A stretch of 59,863 bases of DNA, counting the filler. It is 5 parts of 5 records of this genome, joined end to end, with 100 filler letters (N's around TTAATTAATTAA, not from the genome) between each part and the next. Parts side by side here need not be neighbours in the genome. Positions count along the whole stretch, not along the records: positions 19,258 to 32,696 come from SRR22947725_4037; positions 32,797 to 42,626 come from SRR22947725_4049; 3 more parts are not named here. One strand, 5' to 3'. Under the pieces are notes generated by a model that was given only the letters and a program-made list of their open reading frames with translations, had not been told where the DNA came from and made no database searches. Positions 30,204 through 41,241 of the stretch are shown piece after piece. The position numbers and the translations under genes are program-made. Numbering within the stretch: the stretch's first letter is position 1; every line of letters starts with the position of its first letter.

Positions 30204-31127
30204 ATGCTTAACTTCCAAGAAATTATATTCAAGCTTCAAGAATTCTGGAGCAATCAAGGATGTGCCATCATTCAACCTTATGATATGGAAGTTGGTGCTG
30301 GCACATCTCATACTGCTACATTTCTTAAGTCTATCGGTCCAGAACCATGGAAAGCAGCATACGTTCAGCCAAGTAGAAGGCCAAAGGACGGACGCTATGG
30401 AGAAAATCCTAATCGCCTTCAACATTATTATCAATTTCAAGTTGCACTAAAGCCTGCTCCAGAAAATATAGTTGACCTTTACATGGAATCCATTCAAAGC
30501 CTAGGAATTGATCTCAAAAAAAATGATATTCGCCTTGTTGAAGATAATTGGGAAAACCCAACACTTGGTGCATGGGGACTTGGATGGGAAGTTTGGCTCA
30601 ATGGTATGGAAATTACCCAATTTACTTACTTCCAGCAAGTTGGAGGTATCTCTTGCAAACCAATTACGGGTGAAATTACCTACGGGCTTGAAAGACTCGC
30701 TATGTATATTCAAGATGTTGAGAGTATCTATGATGTTCAATGGACAGATGAGATTAGTTATGGAGATGTTTTTTTACAAAATGAGAAAGAACAAAGTAGT
30801 TACAATTTTAAATTCAGTGATAGCGACTTTCTTTTAAAAGCTTTTGTATCTCATGCAAAACAAGCAAATAATCTTGTTAAAGAAAATTTAGCGTTACCAG
30901 CTTATGAGCAAGTTTTAAAAGCAGCACATACATTTAATTTATTAGATGCCAGAGGCGTCATAAGCGTTACTGAAAGAGCTGACTATATTGGAAAAATAAG
31001 AGATATTTCTAGAAATGTTGCAAAATCATACCTAATGAGTAGAAAAAAATTAGGTTTTCCAATGGCTGAAGAAAACTATGCAAATGAAGCTATCAATGAA
31101 ATTGAAAAAAGTGAATTAAGTGAATAA
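30204..31127 (+). CDS. glyQ: Glycine--tRNA ligase alpha subunit
   Basis: [47 protein letters not shown]. Confidence 0.98.
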   Translation: MLNFQEIIFKLQEFWSNQGCAIIQPYDMEVGAGTSHTATFLKSIGPEPWKAAYVQPSRRPKDGRYGENPNRLQHYYQFQVALKPAPENIVDLYMESIQSLGIDLKKNDIRLVEDNWENPTLGAWGLGWEVWLNGMEITQFTYFQQVGGISCKPITGEITYGLERLAMYIQDVESIYDVQWTDEISYGDVFLQNEKEQSSYNFKFSDSDFLLKAFVSHAKQANNLVKENLALPAYEQVLKAAHTFNLLDARGVISVTERADYIGKIRDISRNVAKSYLMSRKKLGFPMAEENYANEAINEIEKSELSE

Positions 31128-32696
31128 AGATAACTTATTAATAGAGCTTTTTACAGAAGAACTGCCACCTGACTCTATTGAGATATTGGCAAAAGAGCTT
31201 GGTAACACAATATCGCAAGAACTTCTATCTAAAAAATTAATAAATGAAATTGACTTTAAGTCTTTTGCTACACCAAGAAGACTTGCAGTTTATGTCAAGG
31301 CAGTAAATATTAAGGCTGAGGATGAAACTAAGCTTATTAAAATCATGCCTTATTCTGTTGGTTTTGATGAAGATAATAAGCCTACCCAACCATTAATAAG
31401 GAAACTGGAATCGATTGATAAGGCTATTAAAATTAAAGAGCTTGAGGTTATTGAAGAAAAAAATAAAAAGTTTATTTATATCTCCAAAAAATTTAAAGGG
31501 GGCAAGCTTGAGGATGAATTAAATAGCATTATTAAAAATTCGCTTCAACAATTATCAATCAAAAAAAATATGAGTTATCAGCTCAATGATGGATGGACAA
31601 CCGTAGACTTTGTTAGGCCTATGAGGGGTCTCATTACACTTCATGGAGGTAAAGTATTAAATTCAAATATTCTAGGTTGTCATGCATCAAATAAAACATT
31701 TGGTCATCGATTTGAATCAACAAAAGAAATTATTACAATCAAACATGCTGATGATTATGAAAAGATATTAGAAAATGAAGGTAAAGTAATTGCTTGTTTT
31801 AATAAACGCAAAACAAAAATTAAAGTCGACATAAAGACAGCTCTTGCAAAACTGGGCAAAGATTTTTACGTTACTGAAGATGAAAATCTTATTAATGAGG
31901 TTACTTCACTAGTAGAAATGCCAAACATTTTATTAGGACAATTTGAAGATAAATATCTTTCTATTCCAGAAGAATGTCTAACATTGACAATGAAAACAAA
32001 TCAAAAATATTTTCCTATTTTCAGTAAAAAAAGTGGATTAACGAACAAATTTATTATTATTTCAAATATTTCACCAAAGAATACTGTTCAAATAGTTGAA
32101 GGTAATGAAAAAGTTATTAGGCCAAGGTTGGCAGATGCTGAGTTTTTTTATAATGAAGATAAAAAAGTTGGGTTAGAAAATTTTAGCAAAAAACTTGATA
32201 GTGTTATTTACCATAATAAACTTGGGTCACAGGAAGATCGAGCAAAAAGAGTTTACGAAAAATTAAATCACATACAAAAAGTTTTAAAATTAAAGTTTGA
32301 TATTAATTTAAGTGAGTTGTGTCTCTATTCAAAAGCAGATCTTTTAAGCTTAATGGTTGGTGAATTTCCAAAACTTCAGGGCATAATGGGACGTTACTAT
32401 TCAATAGACATAAATAAAAATGTAAATTTTGCTAACGCAGTTGAAGATCATTATAAGCCAAGATTTTCTAATGATTTACTCCCAAGAGATGGTTTAGGTT
32501 TATCACTTGCGATTGCAGATAAATTTACAACACTCATAGATTTATTTTCTATCAATGAATTACCCACTGGTGAGAAAGATCCATTTAGTCTCAGAAGGAA
32601 TGCCATTGGTGTGATTAGAATGATTATAGAAAAAAAAATGCCTATCGATATAAGCGATCTAATTGATTCTTTTTTAGGTAAAAATGAAACCGCAAA
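31120..32696 (+). CDS. glyS: Glycine--tRNA ligase beta subunit, 3' end truncated
   Basis: [44 protein letters not shown]. Confidence 0.96.
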
Positions 32697-32796
32697 NNNN
32701 NNNNNNNNNNNNNNNNNNNNNNNNNNNNNNNNNNNNNNNNTTAATTAATTAANNNNNNNNNNNNNNNNNNNNNNNNNNNNNNNNNNNNNNNNNNNN
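32697..32796. other. Artificial contig-joining spacer
   Basis: N-run with TTAATTAATTAA. Confidence 0.98.
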
Positions 32797-32826
32797 TGGG
32801 CTCGGCGATCGTGATCTGGCAACGCA
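32797..32826 (+). repeat. 30-bp inverted repeat copy; identical to the reverse complement of 42597-42626
   Basis: TGGGCTCGGCGATCGTGATCTGGCAACGCA read directly at both ends of contig 3 in opposite orientation. Confidence 0.95.
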
Positions 32827-33169
32827 CGTTCAATTGCACTAAGGCTTGTTGATCAAGGTCTGTGGTCTCCAGAAACTTTCCATGGGGCGCAAGACCTGCG
32901 CAATTAACCAGCACATCAACCGTCACCGATAAATTTTGCACCGCCGTCAGCAAATCATCGACGCCGCTCTGGCTAGATAAGTCGGCTGCAATCGGCACCA
33001 CTGTCACCTGCTCGCCTAACTGCTCAGCCAACGCCTCCAGGCGATCCTTCCGCCGGGCTGTAATAATCAGATTCACACCTCGGGCCGCCAAACCCGCCGC
33101 GAGCGCGTATCCAATCCCCGATGAGGCCCCTGTAACAAGCGCTGTTGTGGCGTTAAATGTAAAGGTCAC
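32797..33169 (-). CDS. SDR family oxidoreductase, 3' end truncated
   Basis: ALVTGASSGIG, ARRKDRL, ADLS, LVNCAG; GTG start at 33169 after GAAGGGAG. Confidence 0.85.
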
Positions 33170-33371
33170 TGACCCACTCCCTTCTAAATTTTCAATCTTC
33201 ACCTGCCTTCTTCACAACCAGGCTCGCGCCTTGATGACCGCGCAAGTCGCGATGATGAGCACTGGCCTGCAGCATAACGGTTGCGATTATTCGCCAACGA
33301 GTTGATGCCGTGCCTGAAGCCATCCAATCCAGCGCCAAAAACTGCAGTATGCGTCCTAGGCTCTGCGCGGC

Positions 33372-34133
33372 CTAGAGCCCCTTAAAATCTGGCAAGCGTT
33401 TTTCTTGAAAGGCTGTGACGGCTTCTCGATTCGCCGCGCCACCAACGAGCCGGTCCAAGGCCGCATTTTCTTCGGCGACCGCCGCTTTGAGCCCTTCTTT
33501 ACGCGTCCGCATGAGCAGCGCTTTTGTCTGAATAAGCGAGGCCATTGGCAGCGCAGCCAGCGTCTCGGCATGGCCCATCGCGCCTATCATAAGGTCTTCA
33601 TCTGGAAAAACGGACAACACCAGCCCCACCGCTTGCGCGCGCTCGGCGCTCAACCATTCTGACGACAGTAATGTCCAACTGGCCTGCTGATGGCCCATCA
33701 AATTCGGGAAGGTGATCGTACTCGCGGCTTCCGCGGTCAAACCCAATGCTGAGAACGGACATTTAAACTTGGCCGACGACCCTGCAAATGCAACATCAGA
33801 GAGTCCTAGGATGGTGCACCCAATCCCCACACCCAAACCATTCGCTGCGATTAAAAAGGGTTTGGGGAAATCGATAATTGTCTCTAACAAACCTTTCAAA
33901 CCATGCTTGGGCGGCGCGCCTTGGGTGCCCATTGATTTTAAATCTGCCCCTGAGCTGAAGGCCCTACCCGCGCCGGTTAACACCAGCACCTTGGTCTTGG
34001 GGTCTGCTGCCGCGGCCAAAAACGCCTCACACAGATCGTCCATCATCTCCGTGCTGAACGCGTTCAAGGCCTCCGGGCGATTCAGGATGACCAAACAGAT
34101 ATCATTGGCGACGGTTGCGGTAACGGTGGACAA
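33372..34133 (-). CDS. Enoyl-CoA hydratase/isomerase (crotonase) family protein
   Basis: LNRPEALNA, FSSGADL, FPKP, PFSALGLTAEAAS. Confidence 0.9.
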   Translation of the reverse strand: MSTVTATVANDICLVILNRPEALNAFSTEMMDDLCEAFLAAAADPKTKVLVLTGAGRAFSSGADLKSMGTQGAPPKHGLKGLLETIIDFPKPFLIAANGLGVGIGCTILGLSDVAFAGSSAKFKCPFSALGLTAEAASTITFPNLMGHQQASWTLLSSEWLSAERAQAVGLVLSVFPDEDLMIGAMGHAETLAALPMASLIQTKALLMRTRKEGLKAAVAEENAALDRLVGGAANREAVTAFQEKRLPDFKGL

Positions 34134-34169
34134 TGTGATCTCCTTTATCGTTGTGGTATCAACCCGGAA

Positions 34170-35312
34170 TCAGATCGCTTTAAAAGGCGAGAACTGCTCC
34201 AGATAATCAATCTCTTCTGATATGTGGGTTCGCTCTTCTTCCAAATAACGACCCACCGCATCTCTGAAGCCATCATGCACAATCCAATGCGCACTATAGG
34301 TGTGACTGGGCATATACCCTCGAGCCAACTTATGCTCGCCCTGAGCCCCCGCTTCGACCCTTGATAACCCATGCTCTATGGCGAATTCAATGGCCTGATA
34401 ATAACAAACCTCGAAATGAAGAAAGGGATGATGTTCGATACAGCCCCAATTTCGCCCAAACAAACAGTCGCCGCCAATGAAATTGATCGCGCCCGCAATA
34501 TAGCGCCCGTCGCGGCGAACCATCACGAGCAAGATATCCTCGGCCATCGTGGCACCAATTAAGCTAAAAAAGGATCGGGTTAAATAAGCCGATCCCCATT
34601 TTCGGGACCCCGTATCGATATAGAACTGATAAAACGCATCCCAATGGGCTTCGGTGATCTCAGCGCCGGTTAATCGCTGTATCTCCAAATCATTGGCTAA
34701 AGCATCACGGCGCTCGCGTTTAATATTTTTGCGCTTTTTACTCGACAAGCAATCCAGAAAATCATCAAAGGTTTTGTAACCTTGATTTTGCCAGTGATAC
34801 TGCTTATGCGTCCGCAGCAGCCATCCCTCATCACCCCGGCGCTGCCAGGCGGCTTGATCCAAAAAATTCAGGTGGACTGATGAGATATTCATCTCGCCGG
34901 CAATTTGTGCGGCGCCTGCAACCAGCGCCGACTCGTGTTCGCTCGACGCGACCAATAACCTTTGGCCGGTGGCCGGCGTGAACGGAATAGCGGACAACAT
35001 CTTGGGATAATATCGCCCGCCGGCGCGCTCGAACGCATCCGCCCAACTATAGTCAAAAATGTATTCCCCCTGAGAATGCCCTTTGAGATACAAAGGCATA
35101 ACGCCCAGCGGCTGCTTCGCCTCATCTTCTAAAACGAGATGGTAGGGCAACCACCCCACGTCAGCCGACACCGAGCCGCTTTGCTCTAGCGCGCTAAGGA
35201 AGGCATAGGACAGAAAAGGGTCCCGAGGGGACCCTTCACGGTTGGCAAATCGTTGCCAAGTTGCCTCGCCAATCTCGCTGAGACTCTCAACGGCTCGAAC
35301 ACTCAAGACCAT
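34170..35312 (-). CDS. FemAB-like GNAT-fold protein (DUF482 family)
   Basis: HSQGEYIFDYSWA, YYPK, PFTPATG, LHFEVCYYQ, EAGAQGEHKLARG. Confidence 0.9.
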   Translation of the reverse strand: MVLSVRAVESLSEIGEATWQRFANREGSPRDPFLSYAFLSALEQSGSVSADVGWLPYHLVLEDEAKQPLGVMPLYLKGHSQGEYIFDYSWADAFERAGGRYYPKMLSAIPFTPATGQRLLVASSEHESALVAGAAQIAGEMNISSVHLNFLDQAAWQRRGDEGWLLRTHKQYHWQNQGYKTFDDFLDCLSSKKRKNIKRERRDALANDLEIQRLTGAEITEAHWDAFYQFYIDTGSRKWGSAYLTRSFFSLIGATMAEDILLVMVRRDGRYIAGAINFIGGDCLFGRNWGCIEHHPFLHFEVCYYQAIEFAIEHGLSRVEAGAQGEHKLARGYMPSHTYSAHWIVHDGFRDAVGRYLEEERTHISEEIDYLEQFSPFKAI

Positions 35313-35328
35313 CTAAAACGCTCTTATA

Positions 35329-36363
35329 TTACAGCATTTCCGAGGCAATCAGCTCCAGCGCTTCAGGCTGACCGGCGCCAATGAGCATCGAGCCAACGTC
35401 GCCATTGAGCCCGGCGGCTTTCCAGTGCTTCAGCTGCTCTTTAATGTGTTCGGCAGGCCCAACCAGATGACAGGCATCGACCAACTCATCCGGCACCGCC
35501 GCCATCGCCTCGTCCTTACGACCTGACAGATAGAGGTCCTGAATCGTCGCTGCTGCGTCTTCATAGCCCAAGGCTTTGGTGTAATCATTGTAAAAGTTCT
35601 TGTCTCGCGCGCCCATACCACCGATATAAAGCGCCATATTGCCCTTGATCGGCATCCTGCAAGCCTCAATGTCATCACCCATAATGCAGGTCACAAACGG
35701 TGCTACATCATAATCGAGCATGGTGCGACCAGACTTGGTTAAGCCTTTTTCGATATGACCGCGGAGCGCTTCTGGCTTGGATGGGTTCATCCAAATGGGG
35801 AAGACGCCATCGGCAACTTCTGCGCTGCCAACAAGTCCATTGGGCGTAATCGATGCGGTGTAAATTGGAATCGACGTATCGGCTTGTAAAATACTCTTTA
35901 ACGACTTCCCAAGACCAGTGCCATCCTCGCCAGTGTAGGGCAGGCTGTAATGAAAGCCTTCGTGCTCAACCGGCGCCTCTCTAGCAAAGATCTTTTTCAT
36001 GATGCTGACATACTCTTTCACCCGAGTCACCGGACGGCCATACGCCACGCCATGCCAACCCTCGACCACCTGAGGACCCGATGCCCCCAGTCCAACCATA
36101 AACCGGCCATTAGACAATTGATTCAACGTCATTGCCGTCATCGCAGAACACGCCGGCGAGCGTGCGGGCATTTGCATGATCGCAGTACCCACCTTGATTT
36201 TATCGGTTTGGGCCAGGATCCAGGCAGCTGGGGTAACCGCATCAGAGCCGTAGGCTTCAGCCGTCCAAAGCGAATCGTAACCCATGCTTTCCGCCATTTT
36301 GATCCGTTGAATATCAATGTTCAGTACTTTGCCGCCATAGCCAGCGAGTATTCCTAGTTTCAT
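35329..36363 (-). CDS. LLM-class F420-dependent oxidoreductase (Rv3520c-like)
   Basis: WTAEAYGSDA, GTAIMQMPARSPA, GLGASGPQVVEGWHG, ALYIGGMGARDKNFYN. Confidence 0.88.
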   Translation of the reverse strand: MKLGILAGYGGKVLNIDIQRIKMAESMGYDSLWTAEAYGSDAVTPAAWILAQTDKIKVGTAIMQMPARSPACSAMTAMTLNQLSNGRFMVGLGASGPQVVEGWHGVAYGRPVTRVKEYVSIMKKIFAREAPVEHEGFHYSLPYTGEDGTGLGKSLKSILQADTSIPIYTASITPNGLVGSAEVADGVFPIWMNPSKPEALRGHIEKGLTKSGRTMLDYDVAPFVTCIMGDDIEACRMPIKGNMALYIGGMGARDKNFYNDYTKALGYEDAAATIQDLYLSGRKDEAMAAVPDELVDACHLVGPAEHIKEQLKHWKAAGLNGDVGSMLIGAGQPEALELIASEML

Positions 36364-36494
36364 GCCTTCTTTCCTTTTTAATTCAAACGACTATCGTTTA
36401 TCGGACGACCATTTTTAGTTCATCCTGCAGCAGGCTGACGCCTTTGATTTAAGCTGCATTCTTTTTGATTTTTCTGAGTCAATGCGTGTGACTC

Positions 36495-36520
36495 AAAAAA
36501 GACCCTTGCGGTTTCGCAAG
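36495..36520 (-). terminator. Possible intrinsic terminator after the LLM gene 36546-37553
   Basis: On the minus strand: CTTGCG-AAAC-CGCAAG hairpin, then GGTC and a T6 run. Confidence 0.4.
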
Positions 36521-36545
36521 CACGCACGACCTTGCTAAGTTGGCG

Positions 36546-37553
36546 TTAGGCGTTCAATCGCGCAAGCAATGCTCGACTGTGATCCTCGTCCTTACCCGCA
36601 AAGTTACCCATCGTTCGATCCACCACGTTACTAAAACGACCTTTAAACAGATCAACCGCCGCTTCAGGCTCACCCACAACCGCAAACTCATTGAGAATAT
36701 CATCCGTGATCAAATTAGCCATATCATCCCACAGGCCTTGCTTTGATAATTTATTCAGCTCCGGCTGCAGATCGCCCCAACCATGCACCCCCAATACCGG
36801 CGCATAAGCGGGTGTTGAGCCATAAAAAGCAATCTGTTTACGGGTGGCGGCCATATTGGCGTTAAACGCCTCTTCGGTATGACCGGTCACAACAAATCCG
36901 GGATAGCTGATCTCAAAATCGGCGCGTGAACGACCCGCTTTTGCCAGACCTCGATCAATCGCTGGGAGCGTTACTTCTCTTAAATACTTCTCCGTTGTGA
37001 AGGCGTGGATGATGACACCGTCCGCCACTTCGCCAGCCACTTCCGTCATGAGGGGACCAACGGCCGCCAGAAACACCTTGGGCGCACCATACTGCGTGTC
37101 TAACGGCGTGAACATCGGCGTCATCAACGAATGAGTGTAAAAATCACCCTCAAACTGTAACGGCATGCCCTCATGCCAGCAAGCCCAGATGGCCCGCATT
37201 GCCGAGATGAACTCTCGCATCCGAGCGGCAGGTTTGGACCAAGGCATACTAAAACGCTTGGTGATGTGCGGTCTAATTTGCGACCCCAGCCCAAGGACAA
37301 ATCGGCCTTTCGAGAAGCTGTTGAGATCATGACCAATGTTGGCCAGATTCATCGGCGTTCTTGAAAACGCCACTGCGATCGACGTGGTCAATTCAACCGA
37401 TTGGGTTTCTTGTGCGGCCAACAACAACGGGAAAAACGGATCATGTGCCATCTCCGCTGTCACGACCCCGTTGTACCCTAACGCTTCTAATTTAGCAGCC
37501 TGCTGCCCTGACTGTGCCAAATCGCCCATCATCCCGCCATCGATCTTCATCAT
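36546..37553 (-). CDS. LLM-class F420-dependent oxidoreductase (MSMEG_2256-like)
   Basis: AEMAHDPF, IAVAFSRTP, LGLGSQIRPHITKRF, HSLMTPMF, QIAFYGSTPAY. Confidence 0.88.
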   Translation of the reverse strand: MMKIDGGMMGDLAQSGQQAAKLEALGYNGVVTAEMAHDPFFPLLLAAQETQSVELTTSIAVAFSRTPMNLANIGHDLNSFSKGRFVLGLGSQIRPHITKRFSMPWSKPAARMREFISAMRAIWACWHEGMPLQFEGDFYTHSLMTPMFTPLDTQYGAPKVFLAAVGPLMTEVAGEVADGVIIHAFTTEKYLREVTLPAIDRGLAKAGRSRADFEISYPGFVVTGHTEEAFNANMAATRKQIAFYGSTPAYAPVLGVHGWGDLQPELNKLSKQGLWDDMANLITDDILNEFAVVGEPEAAVDLFKGRFSNVVDRTMGNFAGKDEDHSRALLARLNA

Positions 37554-37559
37554 CGTCTC

Positions 37560-38555
37560 CTAAACGCTAAATTGGTTGCCCGTAAAGGCATTGTAAGTTG
37601 CTTGCGCATGTTTCCCTGAAACGCACGAAATAATATGGGTGGTGATACCCGCCTCGCCGTAGGCTCTGATTCGGTCCTGACACTCTTCTTGGGTACCAAT
37701 AATGGCAATGTCGTCGACCAATTGATCATCCAGCGCCGAGGTCGTCTTGTCTCGGTCTTTTGCAGCCCAGCCTTCCCGTATTGCGGATGCGACGTCCTCG
37801 TAACCTGCCCACGCCAGAAATGCGTTGTAAACGGGGGTTGCATAATAAGGTGCAAAGGCGGCTCGAATCATATTCCGAGCGGCTTCCTTATCATCGGTGA
37901 CAATGACCTGGTGCCGGCAAACAATTTCGACGTCTTCGACAGATTTCCCTGCGCGCTCTGCGCCCGCACGAATGTGGGTCATCATTCGGGGCAACGCCTC
38001 TTTCGGAAACAAGTTTAAGATCACGCCATCACTACACTCAGCAGCAGCTTCCAGCATCTTACTTCTCAGCGCCGCCATGTAGACCGGCTGGGCGCCCGCT
38101 TCAAGCGGTAACTGTCGATAACCCCGACTAAATACTGTCTCACCCGAATAATCTGACTTCTCACCCCGCAGCATGCTCTGAATGAGCTCGACCGTTTCTT
38201 TGACCCGCGTTAACGGCTTTTCAAAATTCAAACCATGCCAGTTCTCCATCATGGTTTGGCTTGAAGAGCCTAATCCCAAAATGAAACGGCCCTGAGATAA
38301 CTGGTGCAACACATGGGCGGTTGATGCCAAGACCGCGGGGGTTCTCGAAAACACAGGAATAATGGCCGTACCAATTCGGCAACGGCTGGTATTGAGCGCG
38401 ACCGCGGCCGCTGTTGTCAACGCATCAACCCCCGAACTGTCTGCAAACCAGAGGTCATCATAGCCTTCGGCTTCCGCCCACTTTGCCATCTCAATGGTGC
38501 CGGCAACCCCTCTGGGGTCCGGTAAGGTTAATGCGGTTCTTTGGGGTACTGTCAT
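37560..38555 (-). CDS. LLM-class (probably F420-dependent) oxidoreductase (Rv3093c-like)
   Basis: AEAEGYDDLW, GTAIIPVFSRTPA, GRFILGLGSSS; ATG 38555 preceded by an AAGGAG Shine-Dalgarno. Confidence 0.82.
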   Translation of the reverse strand: MTVPQRTALTLPDPRGVAGTIEMAKWAEAEGYDDLWFADSSGVDALTTAAAVALNTSRCRIGTAIIPVFSRTPAVLASTAHVLHQLSQGRFILGLGSSSQTMMENWHGLNFEKPLTRVKETVELIQSMLRGEKSDYSGETVFSRGYRQLPLEAGAQPVYMAALRSKMLEAAAECSDGVILNLFPKEALPRMMTHIRAGAERAGKSVEDVEIVCRHQVIVTDDKEAARNMIRAAFAPYYATPVYNAFLAWAGYEDVASAIREGWAAKDRDKTTSALDDQLVDDIAIIGTQEECQDRIRAYGEAGITTHIISCVSGKHAQATYNAFTGNQFSV

Positions 38556-38745
38556 CAAATCTCTCCTTGCTACCACCTTGTCCCGGTGGCTGATGTTTTT
38601 GCTCACTCAAGCTATTTTATTGAAGACGACGCCCTTAACACCGCTGGTTCTTCTCACCTAAGTTTGCCATAAGGATCGTCTTCGAGGCGCCGCTTCATGG
38701 GTCGGTGATACCCCATCATCAGCGCCCAACATTATTTTCAATGCC

Positions 38746-41241
38746 TTAGATTATTTCCGCACTCGACAAGGTTTCCTCTGAATTGAGACCGGGACGCACT
38801 AAAGCCTCCTTTTTGGTCTTATCCCGATCGTAGCGTTTGGCAGAGGTATAGCTTGGCTCGGTTAAAACCGATGCGCCAAACGATTTTTGCCGCTGCACTT
38901 CTGGAACCACACCATAATTCGTCGCGCGTTGCCGAGGGTTTCGGCCCGCAGACCGAATCAACGCTTCCATCTCTTCTGGAGAGGTTTCCTGGCCGTGGGC
39001 TGCACCCGCTGCGCGGGTAATGGTCTCATTCATCAGGGTGCCCCCAATGTCATTAACACCTGCATTTAAGCAAGCTTTCACGCCCTCATGACCGAGCTTG
39101 GTCCAAGACGCTTGAATATTCTTGAAGACCGGATTCAACGTCAGGCGAGCAATCGCATGGATCAGGATCGCCTCGCGAAAGGTTGGCCCTTTACGAGCAT
39201 TGCCTTTCAAGTAAATCGGCGCTTCCATATGGATAAACGGCAAAATCACGAACTCGGTGAAACCGCCGGTTTTTTCCTGTAAAGCCCGCACTCTCAATAA
39301 GTGCCTGGCAACATGTTCATACTGCTCGATATGGCCATACATAATGGTGGCCGTCGTGTTAAAGCCCACCCCATGAGCGGCCTCCATCACTTCTAACCAT
39401 TGCGCGGTGTTGATTTTATCCGGGCATAACGTCGCCCGAACCTCATCATCCAGAATCTCTGCGGCCGTACCGGGCAAGGTCCCAAGCCCGGCTTCTTTTA
39501 ACGCCGTGAGATATTCAGGCAGCGTCTGCCCTAGGGTTTTCGCGCCCTGCCACACTTCGAGCGGCGAGAACGCGTGGATGTGCATATCCGGCACAACCTG
39601 CTTGATGGTGTGACAAATGTCTAAATACGTTTGGCCCGTATATTCCGGATGGATCCCGCCCTGCAGGCACACCTCGGACGCGCCGCGATCATAAGCTTCA
39701 CGCGTTCGACGCATAATTTCTTCATGCGACAAATCATAGGGCCGGCCCCGAAGGTTTTCGCTCATCTTACCTTTCGAAAATGCGCAGAACTGGCATTTGA
39801 AATAACACACGTTGGTATAATTTATATTTCGGTTAACACAATAGGTCACCTCATCGCCGACCAACTGCTTTCGGACCGTATCCGCGGCTTGCGCAATATG
39901 GGTTATCTCGTCCCCACGCGCCTTGAACAGCCTGACAATCTCACTTTCCGACAACGCCTTACCCGCAACCGCTTTGTCAAGAATGGCCGCTAAGGTCGCA
40001 GAAGCCTGAAGCTTCGGAATATGCGTCACACGGGCCAAATCACCCGCCGGTGGGTTCGGTGTTTCACCGGCCGCCCAATCTTCACCCCGAACATAGCCCT
40101 CGCCATCAATTGCGCCAAGCACCATCGGCCGCAGTTCAACATCAATCCATCGATCCATTTGTTTCAAATGCGACGGATAAACCGCTAGGCGTTCAACCAG
40201 AATTTTGCCTTCGCGCGCGGTTTCTTCAGCTAAATTTTTGAGATGTGGCCAGGGCGCTTCAGGATTGACAAAATCGGGCGTAACCGGCGAAACCCCACCC
40301 CAATCGTTAATACCTGAATCAATGATTCTATGAAACACACCCGGACTTAAATTTGGCGGCGCCTGGAGATTCATCTCGCTGCCAAAAATGAGGCGTGCCT
40401 GCGCGATCGTCCAGAGCAGTTCATTCAAATCGGGTTCGGGCGCATTGACCATCAACGTATCGGGCTTTGCGCGGAAATTCTGAATGATCAGTTCTTGAAT
40501 GTGACCGAAGGGCTCGTTTGCTGTACGCAACGCCAGTAATGACTCAATGCGCTCGCGACGGGTTTCGCCAATCCCAATTAAAATACCGGAGGTAAACGGC
40601 ACGCCTGCTTCCCCCGCTAAACGAATGGTCTCGAGTCGCTTCGCCGGCGCTTTGTCGGGCGAGCCATAATGCGGCATGCCTTTTTCGGTCAGTCGTTCGG
40701 ATGCCGACTCAAGCATAATGCCCATTGAGATGGATACTTTACGCAGCGCTGTAAACTCCGACGCCGTCATCAACCCCGGATTCAGATGGGGCATCAAGCC
40801 CGTTTCTTTGAGCACCAGTTCCGCCATATCGTGCAGGTAGCTCAGGGTTGAATCTTGCCCCAATGCTTTGAGCCCATCGCGAGCTGCTTTATATCGCGCC
40901 TCAGGCTTGTCACCCAAGGTGAACAGCGCTTCTTTGCAACCGGCTTTGGCGCCATCGGATGCTATCTTGAGCACCTCGTCGGGCGTTAAGTACGGGGCTT
41001 TTAGTTTTCGAGGAACCTGCGCAAAGGTGCAGTAATGACAGACATCTCGACAGAGATGGGTGAGCGGAATAAACACTTTCCTGGAATAGGACATGGCGTT
41101 CGGGTGACTCAGATCTCGCACAACACTCGCATGGCGTAACAGCGCATCGGTATCGGTATAATCGGCAAGCACTAACGCTTCATGATCGGCCAGGCCTTGG
41201 CCAACTGCCGCCTTCTGAAGAATCTCTGTTATGGCACTCAT
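38746..41241 (-). CDS. fbiC: FO synthase FbiC (fused CofG-CofH)
   Basis: Two radical SAM motifs (YSRKVFIPLTHLCRDVCHYC and NRNINYTNVCYFKCQFCAF), GINDWGGVSPVT, PGTAAEILDD, GTLMNETITRAAG; start overlaps the cofC stop (TAATG). Confidence 0.95.
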   Translation of the reverse strand: MSAITEILQKAAVGQGLADHEALVLADYTDTDALLRHASVVRDLSHPNAMSYSRKVFIPLTHLCRDVCHYCTFAQVPRKLKAPYLTPDEVLKIASDGAKAGCKEALFTLGDKPEARYKAARDGLKALGQDSTLSYLHDMAELVLKETGLMPHLNPGLMTASEFTALRKVSISMGIMLESASERLTEKGMPHYGSPDKAPAKRLETIRLAGEAGVPFTSGILIGIGETRRERIESLLALRTANEPFGHIQELIIQNFRAKPDTLMVNAPEPDLNELLWTIAQARLIFGSEMNLQAPPNLSPGVFHRIIDSGINDWGGVSPVTPDFVNPEAPWPHLKNLAEETAREGKILVERLAVYPSHLKQMDRWIDVELRPMVLGAIDGEGYVRGEDWAAGETPNPPAGDLARVTHIPKLQASATLAAILDKAVAGKALSESEIVRLFKARGDEITHIAQAADTVRKQLVGDEVTYCVNRNINYTNVCYFKCQFCAFSKGKMSENLRGRPYDLSHEEIMRRTREAYDRGASEVCLQGGIHPEYTGQTYLDICHTIKQVVPDMHIHAFSPLEVWQGAKTLGQTLPEYLTALKEAGLGTLPGTAAEILDDEVRATLCPDKINTAQWLEVMEAAHGVGFNTTATIMYGHIEQYEHVARHLLRVRALQEKTGGFTEFVILPFIHMEAPIYLKGNARKGPTFREAILIHAIARLTLNPVFKNIQASWTKLGHEGVKACLNAGVNDIGGTLMNETITRAAGAAHGQETSPEEMEALIRSAGRNPRQRATNYGVVPEVQRQKSFGASVLTEPSYTSAKRYDRDKTKKEALVRPGLNSEETLSSAEII

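Noticed and set aside
33190..33325. Possible 43-aa minus-strand ORF between the crotonase and SDR genes
   Set aside because: No clear RBS or recognisable motif; cannot be supported
19294..35312. Two FemAB-like GNAT genes suggesting a duplication
   Set aside because: They lie on different contigs with very different base composition, so they are homologues from two organisms
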